Assembly (NCBI RefSeq): GCF_018977255.1 | Contig: NW_024704742.1 | Location: 114,516,001 to 114,580,000 of the forward strand | DNA: 64,000 bases | Direction of reading: 5' to 3' | Source of the DNA: Callorhinchus milii | Lineage: Eukaryota | In this document: positions 40,116-52,754 of the stretch, in pieces | Numbering within the stretch: the stretch's first letter is position 1 | How the letters are laid out: each line of letters opens with the position of its first letter | Notes under the pieces: model-generated | Told to the model about the DNA's origin: nothing | The model's database searches: none | What the model saw: the letters and a program-made list of their open reading frames with translations, nothing else | Translations under genes and position numbers: made by a program

Positions 40116-40535
40116 TCAGCAGAGACTGGAGGACCTGGGCCTTTTTCATTTGCAACAGAGAGAGTCAAGGCGAGATCTGATGGAGGTCTTTAAAATCTTG
40201 AGGGGTTTAATCATATATAGGGAGATTATTTCACTGGTTGGCGAGTCAGTGATTGGAGAGCATCAATTTAAGATAGTTAGCAAAGGTTGTAAAGAGAGAG
40301 GTTTTTTTTACAATCGAGTTGTTAGGATGTGGAATGTTGTTCCGGGGGAGAACAAGACAGGATCCATATTAGTTTTCAAGAGGGAACTAGATAGATATCC
40401 GAACACTAATAACTGCAGGATTATGGAGAAAAGGTAGATAAATGGGACTGAATGGATTACTATTTCAAATAAATAGCAGAGACACGATGGCCCAAATGGC
40501 CTTCTTCTGTGCTGTAACCTTCTACGATTCTATGT
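40116..40535 (+). mobile_element. CR1 3' fragment
   Basis: Peptide RRDLMEVFKILRG...FFYNRVVRMWN; tail ttctacgattctatg. Confidence 0.85.
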
Positions 40536-42650
40536 TTATTTTTATAAGAACTAAGGAAAACTACCTTCCAAATTGAAAATGTTCTCTAGAATTCGCCACA
40601 CAATCTTTAATTTTAGAACAGTGATGGTAAGGCTAAGACAAGGTAGAATATCAAACCCAAGTTGATTCCCAAATCCGGGTAGGTTAATTGCTGCTAAGTA
40701 ATTAACAATATTCAAGTATGTAACAAAATATACAATCAATTCACTTTACAATATATTCAGTGAAGCCCTTTGAGACGTCTCAACGACGAAATAAGGCGCT
40801 ATATCAAATGCAAGGATTATTATTATTATAATAGCCAGCTGGCATTGAATTTTCTATGTGGGAAAACCCTGGGAGTTTTAAGTTCAAGTTTTAAATTGAA
40901 CAAAATCAGTAGTTGAATTCCATAACAAACCACTTTGCTTATTCCTTCTTTCTCGAATGAGAACATATTTTTAGCTGATTACCTAATCTTGTCTCTTGAC
41001 CAGTCCCACCCATCTCTCTTTCCATTTAATGCGAACAATGGAGTACAGTATCGTGAAACTGGTGAAGGTCTGATTATACTTCACAAGTCACTAACTACAT
41101 CCTTATGCTTATTGCAGCAAGGTCTTACCTCTTCAAATCAAACTGGTTATAAAAAACAAATTAACAAGTCAGAAATCAAATTTTAGTCTGTATTGAAATT
41201 CAGTCTTGGGGTATAAATAGGACACACAACTTAGAATCGATATTTACAGGGCATGAACCAAATTATGAGTTGGGCCTATAAATCACTCAGACTTGTGGTG
41301 CTTGCGAATTTTAGAGCCAGTATCAATCTAGTTTATTTCCCTGTAAATCACTGTTCCTTTTCATGGCATTAACCATGGGTCTTGGAACAATATTGTTTGT
41401 TTTCCTTTCATGCGCTTTATCTCTATTTTCTTCTCCTCGAAGCCCGGATGTGCAATCTGGAATCCAGTTGAAAAGACCGATCATGATTATCTCTAACCCT
41501 TGAGCTTCTGCTCTGGCCTTATGCACCCATTGGCAATGCTAATTGTAATTTGATTTCTATTGATACAATTTTTCTTATTCCTTCTGTGTGTATTCCAACA
41601 ACAAAGTTGTGAAATTATATATTTTTTCTCAGGTTCAGTCTCTCTAATTTGGACAAGAACATTTGAGGTTATCAGAGTTTATCTCCCCAAATTTCTGTTT
41701 TTCAAAGTGCATTTCTGCCATTTAATCATGCCAGATCTTATTTAACGATTCCTGTCCCCAGTCTCATTTCCCAGCAGTTTTCTCCAGATTCATTTGCCTA
41801 AAATGCCTCTCTGCCTGATATTTCTGGTTTCTTTTTCTGCTGGCACAGTAGCTGAGCTGCATTGTGATTCAGATCATGTTTCAGTCAGCTCTCTAAACTG
41901 TGTTAAACAATATCTTGATGCAATAACTTTTCTCCTGAAGGCAGTGAGTCAATGCTGAGCAAAGTCTCGTGGGAATCAGCAGCTCTTGAGTACCTAACTC
42001 AGGTGACAATTTTTCACATGTGACCCTAAACACTGAACATCAGTGGGCTGTTCATCCATTGGTAGATGAGGCAACTAAGCCTGAATCTGTCCTTGATTCA
42101 GGACAGACATTGTTCCCACATACACACTTCTAACAGAGATCACTAGACATCGATCAGGAATGAGAACTCAGGCTAATTTTGTTTCTCTAGTCCAGGGTCA
42201 CTGAGACCAGTGTGTCACAGATGTCTCTTCCAATAGGTTGGAACATGTCTGAAGTGAAGTTGAGAAACTTAGAGAAGACATTCCAAATTGTTTGCCACAT
42301 TATAATTGAGAGACTTAGATGAATTATTTGATCGTCCACCCACTGTCGCTTTCACAGATTCCAGTTTATTGTTTTTAAAATACCCTCCTGAGTTTAACAC
42401 ACTGCTGCTAAATTTTATGTCTATTCTGAGGTTTTGAGGTGATTCTTCCTCAGGCTTATTGAAGTGATGAAATTAACCATATTACCTTGCATCTGCATTT
42501 TACAGTCATTTCTCTGCTAATAGATCTCTTTTTGTTTCTATTCTTTCATGTATTCTCGAGAACACAGAATTTCTCTTAAGATATATTTTTTTCCATTTCA
42601 CCTCATTCTGTGATATTTTCTATCATCCTCTCTTTTTCTATCATCCTCTC

Positions 42651-42990
42651 ATGGAGTCCTGTAGCTTAGTGGTTAGAGCACTCGCCTCACAAGCAAGAGG
42701 ACCTGGGTTTGATTCCCGGCAGGGCAAAATGTTGGGCAGATTTCCTTTCTCCACACCCTGCTCTGTTTACCTAGAAGTAAGTAGGAACCCATTGTTAGTC
42801 GATTATCAGATCACTTTTCTGGGGGTAATACTTCCTTCAAGATAGATAAAAATAATTTGGTCACTCAATCCGTGACTGTTTGTGGGATACTATTGTGCAC
42901 AATTGGCTGCCGCATTTCGCCCACAAAATATACAGTCAATTACTTTTACAGTATATTCTGTGAAATGCTTTAAAACATCTCGAAGACGTG
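42651..42990 (+). mobile_element. SINE family A, long form
   Basis: tRNA head with A and B boxes, full central block, shared 3' half. Confidence 0.92.
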
Positions 42991-43564
42991 ATTAGTCAGT
43001 ATTGTTATTATATAAATGCAAGTTGTTATTTGATGATTTTCCCCTCTTTCACTGTCTTTGCTGGTTATTCCACACACCCCATTTGTCCACAACTCCTTTT
43101 TCTTTCTCGCTAGAAAAGCTTTTCAGGGCTTGGTGTTCAATTCTGGTCTATTGCCAACATTAGATAACTACACCGGCAACATTACCCCTATAATTACAAA
43201 CATTACGTCAGAAAAGTACGTGGAATCCACCCAACTGAAAGAAGGCCACAGAGGCATGCAAAAAGGGTTGAAAAACATCCACATAAAAATGCCTTTCTGA
43301 ACCACTGCAAGAAAAAAGCTGCTATGTCATATGTGTTCTAACCACAACTGTATGCCAGGTGCCAATCTGTTTTATATATAATTCTTATCGATGTATGCAG
43401 AATGTAATGAGTTGGTATGTGCAAACAAATACAAAAAAAACCCTAGTAACTAGCAGAGTGCGCCAATCCAGAGTGGGACGAAGAGTCTGGTACTGATAGT
43501 GTTTGTTCTACAAACTGTCTGCTCTGTATTATGCTTTTCCTGTTTCCCTCTCTTTTATTTTTGA

Positions 43565-44225
43565 TCAGAGGGTGTCTGAGACACGTAGAAACGCATCGCC
43601 ATGCTTAAGAGTATCCAGACCAGACTGAGGATTCCACACATGCATAATACCTACATATTGGAAATATCCCTCTGTCTGGAATGGAACTTTGTGTTCTAAC
43701 GAAGGGTCTTGGACCTGAATCGTTGACTCACTTTCCTTTCTCCATAGATGCTGCCTGACCTGCTGAGTATTCCCAGCGACTTCTGTTTTTATTTCAGATT
43801 TCCAGCATCTACAGTATTTTGTGTTCAGGGAAGTATTAGTTGCACTTTGGAGAGAGATAATGTTTGGGGTCCCCAGTATCAAGTGTTTGGGTCCCTCTAG
43901 AATACAAGCAACAAAAATAGGATAGCTTGCCATTACAAATATTTACGGGCAAATTTTCTGTGGCTTGTCTAGCTTGGACTACCCAACCTGGTAAGGCTTT
44001 GTCTTACACAGGATTAACAGAAGTCGAGTAGGAAGAGTCCCTGTCCCTTCAAGTTCTGCTGATGAGCCAGGCTGACTGTCTTAACATCAACAATGCCTTT
44101 ATTGCAGACCCGCTTTGCTCAGGAACCTCACTACCTAAACCATCATACAGGAGCAACTCAATTCTGATGTTCCATTGCCAATCATGTCAGCTCAGAGCCA
44201 GCTCAGCCCCAAGGAGGATTGTTAC
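43565..44225 (+). repeat. Family U repeat copy containing a Penelope-like insert (43693-43822)
   Basis: ccatgcttaagagtatccagacc start block and catgtcagctcagagccagctcagccccaagga end block; the insert has CTAACGA-agggtcttggacct-GAAT. Confidence 0.7.
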
Positions 44226-45591
44226 TAGATGGTCTAATAACAAGTTTCCACTCCCATGCATAAATCTATAGAATCCTTTAGTGGCTCTGTGAAGGGTTTT
44301 GAGATGTCCTCCTGAGGTGAGAGATGCTATATAAACACAAAATGGTTGTTATTGCTGTGTTGTGCTACTGCCCAGCTTCTAGTCACATATCAAAACTTTG
44401 GAATATGTTCCTGACATCCAATTAATCGTAGCATAGACACAAAGATTTTAATGGGGAGGGTTGTCTTGCTGAACCATTCAAGGAAAATGCAGTGAAGGAG
44501 CAATAGGGAACCATTTGTTCTATCCTTTTTTTAAAAGAAGAAGAGTGTCAAACTTGCCCTTTGTGTATTTATAAAGCATACATTTCTTATTTTGATTGCT
44601 GTAAATTGGCTGTTCAAAAATTATTGAAATTGAAATAAATGCATCGTCGCCAATACATTTAGTGCACTGCTACATTTATCCAAGGTAGGCTAGCAAACCC
44701 AAGTGATGATTAACACAATGTGCTGTGCCACCAAATGTTAGGACAGACAGACATTGTTTTCAACTTTTATATTTTTATCTGAGTTTGTTCTTATGTCGTA
44801 GTTTTCCGTGTCTTGTTGCACTGTTTTGTTTGTAACAAAAGATCTTCAAATGGCAGACATCTACATCAAGGAAAGTAAATGGTAAATATTTCCAGTTGTC
44901 AACCTTTGACCTGTTTAATAAGTGAGGAAATTATAGAACTCCAGCACAGTTTTGGACTCGAAACATTAACGCACAACAATGTTGAAGAAGCTCTAACAGC
45001 ATGTCATTTGAATGTGCAATGAATGCTGCAAATCTGTGCACGTTCATAAGATTTTAAAACTTTATAAGTTTTAATGTTTGGGGATAGATTTTTAAATGTT
45101 TCATAGTTCGGTTGTTTCTGTATGTCTGCTCATAATTATTGCACTGTGTTTTACAATGATGCCCTGCAGGTAGGATACCAGCAAGCAAAGGGTTTTTGTA
45201 GGGGAAAATGGTAAACTGAAAGCCAGTCAAACCTATTACTTTTTGTACCACCTCCAGAAATGTGAAAGTGATTACAATTTTTTTCTGAATTTACTTGGGT
45301 TTAAAGTTGCAAATACAAAACTGTAATTTATGGAATTTCATCTTATATAATGAAAACCATTTGTGCCATGTGATGTGCAAAGAAAATGTTAGCATTCAGT
45401 ATATTAAAAACTTTCTGTAGGATTTCCTCATGCTATTAATCTCTTCTTCAAAATTTTACATGTATTCATTGCAGTTCATTTTTACACAATAACGTAAAGC
45501 ACTAAATCTCTTCTGCTGTGACTACTTTTCTGGCTCTCTATAAGAACTGCTCGCCATCTTGTTGTGCTTAGAGGAGTGGAGCGAACTTAGC

Positions 45592-47305
45592 AACATAGAA
45601 ACAGGAGGAGGCCATTCAGCCCTTCAAGCTTGTTCCGCCATTTAATTAGATCATGGTTGATCTGTACTTCAACTAATCTTTTCAGTTCCAATTTCCCGCT
45701 TTCTCCCCATATCCCTTAATACCCTGACCTACCAAAAATCTATCAACCTCACTCTTGAAGGTATGGTTGGATCCAGCATCCACGGCCTTTTGGGGGAGAG
45801 AATTTCAGATTTCTACCACCCTTTGAGTGAGAAAATGGTTCCTGATTTCACTCTTAAATGGCCTGGTTCTAATTTTAAGACTATGCCCCCTTGTTTTGGA
45901 TTCCCCACCAGAGGAAATAACTTCTCTGTATTCACCCTATCAAATCCCTTTATCATCTTAAATACCTCAATTAAATCATTCTTCAACCTTCTAAACTCAA
46001 GGAAATGCAATCCAAGTGTATGCAGCCTTTCCCCATAACTTAACCCTTTTAGGCCTGGTAACATTCTGGTAAACCTGCACTGTACCCCCTCCAGGGACAA
46101 TACATCTTTCCTGAGGTGTGGTGCCCAAAACTGAACGCAGTACTCCAGATGGGGTCTGACTAACTCTCTATACAGCTGAAGCATCATTTCTTCCCCTCTG
46201 TATTCCAGGTCTCTTGAGATAAAGACCAACATTCCATTCACCTTTTTCATTACTTTTTGCACCTGGAAACTAGTTTTTAGTGATTTGTGGATATGGACAC
46301 CCAAATCTCTTTGCTCCTCCACAGTTCCTAATTTCTCTGCTTCATCTTTTTTCAGTCCATAGTGGATGACCTCACACTTCCCTACTTCCCTACATTGAAC
46401 TCCATCCGCCACAGTTTTGCCCACTCACTTAATCTGTCTAAGGCCCTTTGTAACTTCCTACTCCCATCTGCACAACTTACTGAGCCTCCTAGCTTAGTGT
46501 TGTCTGCAAACTTGGATGTAAAACTTTCTTGTCCTTCATCCAAGTCATTTGTATATATGGTGAATAGCTGGGGTCCCAGTACAAACCCCAAGGGGACATC
46601 ACGTCCCGCCAATCAGAGAACATTCCCTTTATCTCCACCCTCTGTTTCCTGCTTCCCGACCAATTACCAAGCCACGTCACAAGGTTACTTCCAACTCCAT
46701 GCCCTTCCATTTTTGCTAATCTTTTGTGTGGAACTTTATCAAATGCCTTCTGAAAGTCCATGTAAACAACATCCATAGACACTCTCTTGTCCAACATTTT
46801 AGTGACCTCCTCAAAAAATTCAACTAGATTAGTTAGACACGACCTACCCTTCACAAACTCATGCTGACTCTCTGACTAGCCCATACCTGTCCAAGTGTCC
46901 CTAGTGATAGATTCCAGTATTTTCCCTACAACTGATGTTAAGCTGACAGGTCTGTAGTTTCCTGGTTTCTCCCTCCCTCCCTTCTTAAATAAAGGGGTGA
47001 CATTCGCAATTCTCCAATGTAAGGGCACAATTCCCAAATCTAGTGAGCTTTGTAAATTTATGACGAATTTGCATCTGCAATTTGCTGTCCTATTTTCTTT
47101 AACACCCTGGGGTGGAAACTATCAGGTCCTGGAGATTTGTCTATCTTAAGTCTCATTATTTTCTCCATTACCATTTTTTAATTATATTAATTTTAAGCAT
47201 TTCTCTTTGACTTATTTTTAGGTTCCCCTGTATGGCTGGTATTTTGTCCTCATCCTCTACTGTAAAAACGTTAGCAAAGTATTTATTTAACAAGTCAGCC
47301 ATGTT
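45592..47305 (-). mobile_element. CR1 LINE, 5'-truncated, frameshifted RT
   Basis: Peptides KGRSCLTNLVEFFEEVT, DFQKAFDKVPH, SKFADNTKLGG and RPHLEYCVQFWAP in three frames; 3' UTR and tail at ~45592-45660. Confidence 0.95.
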
Positions 47306-47570
47306 TACTATCAATACTGCTTTATAATTGTTCAATAAATAGCACATTATGGGGCTAAGTGATGTGACACACCATCTCTTCGTCTGTCACCCTTAAAGTG
47401 TTGATTCATTCAAGAACAGCTTAGATAGATTTCTGTTGGGAAATAATATCTTGGGATATAATATATAGTTTGGAAGATGACATGTCATGCTAGGATGGTG
47501 GAAGGCGAGCTGGATGGACCTTGGATTTTTTGTTGTAAGGTGATATCTTCTGTAATGTCTGGCTTTACTT

Positions 47571-47809
47571 CAGCGGTCTCCAATCGGTCGACCGCACATA
47601 CTCAATAGAGACAAGAGGCAGGAGCAATATTTACCGCAGTTTAAACAATAAAGTTTATATTTTTATTTCAAGAAGCATGCAACACCTTGTGCATCTGGCT
47701 TCATTTTCAGATGGACTAAATGACCACACAGTTCTACTGCTCCGACCTCTTCTTTTTAATCGTGCATGAGAGCGCCACCTAGCAGTGATCGACTGATCAG
47801 AGACCCTTG
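47571..47809. mobile_element. hAT (Charlie-like) MITE, 239 bp
   Basis: Imperfect 25-bp TIRs (cagcggtctccaatcggtcgaccgc versus reverse-complemented caagggtctctgatcagtcgatcac). The 8-bp flanks ctttactt and ttttactc match at 6/8 with a central TA. Confidence 0.7.
47770..47787 (-). promoter_or_regulatory. Candidate CTCF site inside the MITE
   Basis: Minus strand CACTGCTAGGTGGCGCTC resembles the CTCF core. Confidence 0.45.
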
Positions 47810-48384
47810 TTTTACTCTATCTACTTAAGCAGCAAAAGGCTTTGTTTTCTGTTAGTGAGATTTTACATCGCTTCTTGAAAACTAAGAAACTTTAACTTCT
47901 ACAACAACCCAGCTGAGAACAGACTAAAACTATTTAGAAATGTAGTTTGTATGTTTTGGATGTGTACCATAATCCAAATTGTCTGCAACTACAGCAATAT
48001 AAAAGCATGCATCTGAGCCACAATAGTACTGTGAAACTTGCACCACCTTTTATTGACCTCTATATATTCTTCTGCATTTTTAGTCAATATGATTTTATTA
48101 GGTTTTCTGTGATAGTTTTTCCATGGTTTCATCAGCATTGCTTTAGATTACTATCCTGAACGATGGGGCGAACTGAGTGGTTTGGTTTCCTCCTTTATTG
48201 AGGAATAACATGCGCTGACTTGCTTAGAATGTAGGTCTCCTGTGGATCCACACAAACTGATAAACCCTTGCTAAAAAGTAGCCAAGTCATCAGGTTGCCA
48301 ATCCTGGTGTTGCATCCCATGTGCTGTGCATCTGCACTAATTGCAGAAAGTACCATTGACATTCGTTTGCAAAGGAAGTGACAT

Positions 48385-48665
48385 CATAGAATTTTACAAC
48401 ACAGAAGGAGGCCATTCGACCCATCATGCCTATGCTAGCTCTTTGAAAGAGTTGTCCAACTAGTCCTACTCCCTCTTTTCAAGTACATATTAAATTCCCT
48501 TTTGAAAGCTACTATCGAATCTGCATCCACCACCTTTTCAGGCAGTGCATTCCAGATCGTAACATCTCTCTGGGTAAAAAGTCTCCCCGCTGATTCTTTT
48601 GTCAATTATCTTAAATCTGTGTTCTCTGGTTACCGACCCACCCACCAGAGGAAATAGTTTCTCCT
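48385..48665 (-). mobile_element. CR1 3' fragment
   Basis: catagaattttacaacacagaaggaggccattcg is the reverse complement of the CR1 3' UTR and tail. Confidence 0.85.
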
Positions 48666-49539
48666 TTTCAACATTGAAAAACATCAACATTGTTTCTCAG
48701 TAACCTCCCACCTCCACCCCTTGTGATTCCAAACCCTAGCTTGGGTGCAAACCTTTGACTGTCCAGCAGCTTGGGATGTCCTCCTGATGTGAAAAGCATT
48801 ATATAAATGCAATTTGTTGTTGTGTGTAACACATAGTGTACATGCCTGCAACGTAAAGGAAATGAATGGCTATTTAACAATTGGGAAATTGGCCATTTCA
48901 CATATACTATAGTCAACAACAACTTGTATGGATATAGCACTCTTCACTTGTGTAGTGTTGTCAGAGCGCTGAAACATTGGTCTCAATTGACAGCTTTGTA
49001 ACAGGATTCCATCTATTTGCATACATGGGAGACCTGGTTTTATGTTAGTTGCCCAGGCCTACTTCACTTCTACTGTGGGTGCAGTGAATCTTTCCTCAAG
49101 TTGGTTTTGCTTTGGTCATTTTCGTTTTTGCTGGATGATGTTTGGGCTGAGCATGCAGTTCACAGTTCCAGAAATGAATTGTGTAACAGAGGTTACTTAT
49201 GTTTTATTGTCTTTTGTGTATTCATATTTAATTTTGTAACCTACACCTACTCAATGATTGAGGACTCTATAATGAATTTGTCTTTCGATTTAAATGAGGT
49301 GCCAGTGGGGAAAACCCCAAGAATTAAAGCTTGCCAACTGTGAAAGCTTAAAAGAAATCAATGCTGCATAAGCCCTGTGCAAATATTCAGACAATAACAA
49401 GTAAACATGAAATAAATTTGCAAAGCTGAACTGATAACAAAAAATTTGCAAAGCTGAACTGATAACAGTAACAAAACATTATGAATTGGTTATTGCTCAT
49501 ATTCTACAGTGTTATTATTTGTGTCAAATGAAGCCAACA

Positions 49540-49782
49540 TAAAATAAAAACAGAAGTCGTTGGGAACACTCAGCAGGTCAGGCAGCATCTATGGAGAGAG
49601 GAAAGTGAGGTTTTAGGTCAATTACCTTTTGTCAGAACATTTCAGGTCAATGACCTTTCGTCAGAACGTTTCAGACCTGAACATCATTAACCTGAAATGT
49701 TAACATGGAGAATCATTGTTGACCCAGTGACTTCTGTTTTGATTTCAGATTTCCAGCATCTGGAGTATTTTGCCTTTTGTTT
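49540..49782. mobile_element. Head-to-head Penelope-like terminal repeats with tandem hammerhead cores
   Basis: The left arm is the reverse complement of the 43693 repeat and the right arm is forward. A 29-bp unit is repeated on the minus strand, including CTGACGA-AAGGTCATTGACCT-GAAA. Confidence 0.7.
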
Positions 49783-50270
49783 ATTGAAGCCAACAAAAAG
49801 TTGGATTCAGAAAAGTAAAACTGGAAATCTCATTGCCTAAGCATAAAATAGGTGTATCCTGAGATAGTCATATTACTGGATGCTGCTTAACATCTTCTCT
49901 TCTGCTGTGAAAGACTAATGATTAATATAAAGGACAAGTATTGCTGCCATATAAAGTAGAAGTGTAACCAGTTAACTAAATTGGCTTTGAAAATCTCATT
50001 GTAGTTTGAATTTACAATGATTCTCCGTGTCAAATCATTGGTGATTCAAGTCCCATATCAAGACTCTGGGTAGCCGAGACTGACATTTCATTTGCAGTGA
50101 AGTGCTGTCAACCTGTTGAAGTAAAAGTCAAAGAACTATTTGAAGAAAGAGTGAGAGAAAAATAAAATTAAGACAAGCAAATTCTCCCTGTGTCCTGGCC
50201 AACAACCCTCCCTAAATAAAAACTTGGTCATTCACAGCAATTTGTGGGATATTTCTGGTGCAAATCGGCA

Positions 50271-50739
50271 ACAACAACTTGCATTTATATAGCGCCCCTC
50301 ACGCGGAGTAGTGTCCCAGAGCGATTGGCAGTGGTGGAGCATGATGCTGCGCCAGGGGAGGGTGGAGTGACTGTAGGCACGATCGAATAGGAAGATCTTC
50401 AGGTGTGATCTGAAGATTGGGAAGGAAGGGGCAAGGTGAATGGATAGAGAAAGAGTGTTCCAGAGTTTTGGGGCATAGTGGCAGAAAGCTTGGCCACCAA
50501 TGGTGGAACGGAGGACACAAGGGACATGCAGAAGGCCGAAGCTAGTTGAGCAGAGGCAGCGGGTTGTGGGTTGGGGGGTAAGCAGGTCAGTGAGATAGGG
50601 AGGTCCCAGAGCATGAAGGGATTTGAAAACGAGTGTGGGGATCTTGAAATTGATCCATTCAGCGATAGGGAGCCAGTGGAGCCTGGCTAAAACTGGTGTG
50701 ATGGGGGTATGGAGATTAATACGAGTGAGCATGAGGTGA
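50271..50739 (-). mobile_element. L2 3' fragment inserted in a Deu-SINE (~50030-50830)
   Basis: Peptide HTPITPVLARLHWLPIAEWINFKIPTLVFKSLH (L2 ORF2 C-terminus); (GTT)n tail; ggca duplicated at 50267-50270 and 50740-50743. Confidence 0.92.
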
Positions 50740-52101
50740 GGCAGCAGTGTTTGCCTCCAAATATACTGTCACTAAATTTTACAGCAAACTTTGAAGCTCC
50801 TTGAGATGTTTTGTGAGTGTGCCAAATGGTGGCAACCTAACAATCTGGAAGTTGACTATTTGTTTAGAGCATTGGAAGCTAACCAGTCAATAAGCTGGAT
50901 CCATAAGACACTCATCTCATAAGTGAATCCACTTTAAAATGGGATTCTATTGTATTATGATTATTATTATTTAAACATCAGTTTCAGACAAATGTTTGAC
51001 ACCCACAGAAACCCATCAATGTGCTGTATAGTATCCTAACCTGACTGAGATTTCCACATATGCATGTCATCTATGCATGGAATTTTCCCTGCATCTGGAA
51101 TAGAGGGCATCCTTCTTCCCAGAGGGATGCCCCTGTTTTCCTAAGGTTTAAATCCCAACTTTGGTGTTCAAGATCAAATAAATGATTACCATTTCAAAAA
51201 AATCCTTCCTGGGTTTGAGCTGATTCAGAAGACCTACAACTATTAGAAGCCAGGAAAGTCCATACAAATCTATGGCCTCGTTGATGTTGACCAACTGTCT
51301 GTCTCAACAAAGATTCTTTGAGCTGTAAACATGCTCTCAACGCTGCAAACAAAAGCTTTGTAAAGGTAAGCTACACAGTTATCATTCCTTATTTCATGGA
51401 TAATAATAATAATAATCCTTGCATTTGATATAGCGCTTCTCACGTCTTCTCGACGTCTCAAAGCGCTTCACAGAATAGACTGTAAAGTGAATTGACCGTA
51501 TATTTGTGGGCGAAACACGGCAGCCATGATGGTATGATGCCTGTACCCAGAGGGAAAGACTTTAGACTATCTCAATATATATGATCTTTTATTCCATGAT
51601 CTTATAAAGTACTCCATCCCATTTTCCTTCTTGCCATTGGCATCAATTGTATTTAAGCTATTTTTGCAGTGTGAATAAGTATTATTTTCTGTGCAGTGCC
51701 ATGTCAGTTCTGACCTATGGATACTGGATTTAGACTTTGTATAGTTCTGCTAGTTTCTACAAAAAAAAATATTTTGTGTGCGTCAAGTGCATACCTCCCC
51801 TGTAAGAATCACAGCTGCTGTCTCTTAACTTCCACAGAATATCAATTCTGTTGTGGATTCCAAAAAAAAATTGTTAAAAATGATTGTTTGAGCAGGTTTC
51901 TGGTTAGATTTCAAAACCTGAAAATGCAAAGTTCAAGTTGCTTGAAGTGGGGAAAGTGACCAAAGTATCAGAGAGAACAAACAACACTGAAGGTGACTTG
52001 ACTGCCATTATTCTCTATGGAATGCAGCTTTGAAGACGAGTAAATAGAAAATGATACGTCTGGAAGAAGAATCTTGCAACTTATTATGAGACTACTTCAC
52101 T

Positions 52102-52470
52102 AATAATAATCCTTGCATTTGATATAGCGCCTTACGTCTCCGAAACGTTCTCAACGCGCTTCACAGAATACACTGTAAAGTGAATTGACTGTATATTTTG
52201 TGGGCGAAATGCGACAGCCAATTGCACACAACAGTGTCCCACAAACAGTCGTGGATTGAGTGACACAAATGTATTTATTTTCTGAAGGGATTATTATCCC
52301 CGGAAAAGTGATCCGCCAATTGACTAACAACCGGTTTCTGACTTACTGCTGGGTAAACAGAGGCTTGTAGAGTAATGAAACTTGCTTAACATTTTGCCTG
52401 CTCAGGAATCGAACCCCGGTCCTCTCGCTTGTGAGGCGAGTGCTCTAACCACTAAGCTACAGGACTCCGC
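52102..52470 (-). mobile_element. SINE family A, long form, full length
   Basis: Head with B-box ggttcgattcc, full central block, (ATT)n tail. Confidence 0.93.
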
Positions 52471-52754
52471 AATAGAGAAAGTCAGAAAGAAATTGACAAG
52501 AGAGAGGGGAACCTTGGCCCAGTGTAGTACCACAGTCACAGCATAGCTCTTAATGGATTTTTTTTCAGTGAGTGTAGCCATTTTGTAGTTTGCATGTTGA
52601 ACCACTATTTGCACTGTTTGGTTATCTGCAATGGGGCGGGTTCCAATATATGCTGATAATCGTCTCACTATTGAACAGTGACTCAGTATTTGGAAAGAGA
52701 TATATAGTTAGGACAACCTTTCTTCGTAATTTTCCTTCCTACCAGTCGAACTGT

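Noticed and set aside
49414..49468. Direct repeat of ~28 bp (aaatttgcaaagctgaactgataaca x2); also an 18-bp duplication at ~42616-42650
   Set aside because: Simple two-unit tandem duplications without spacers, not CRISPR-like.
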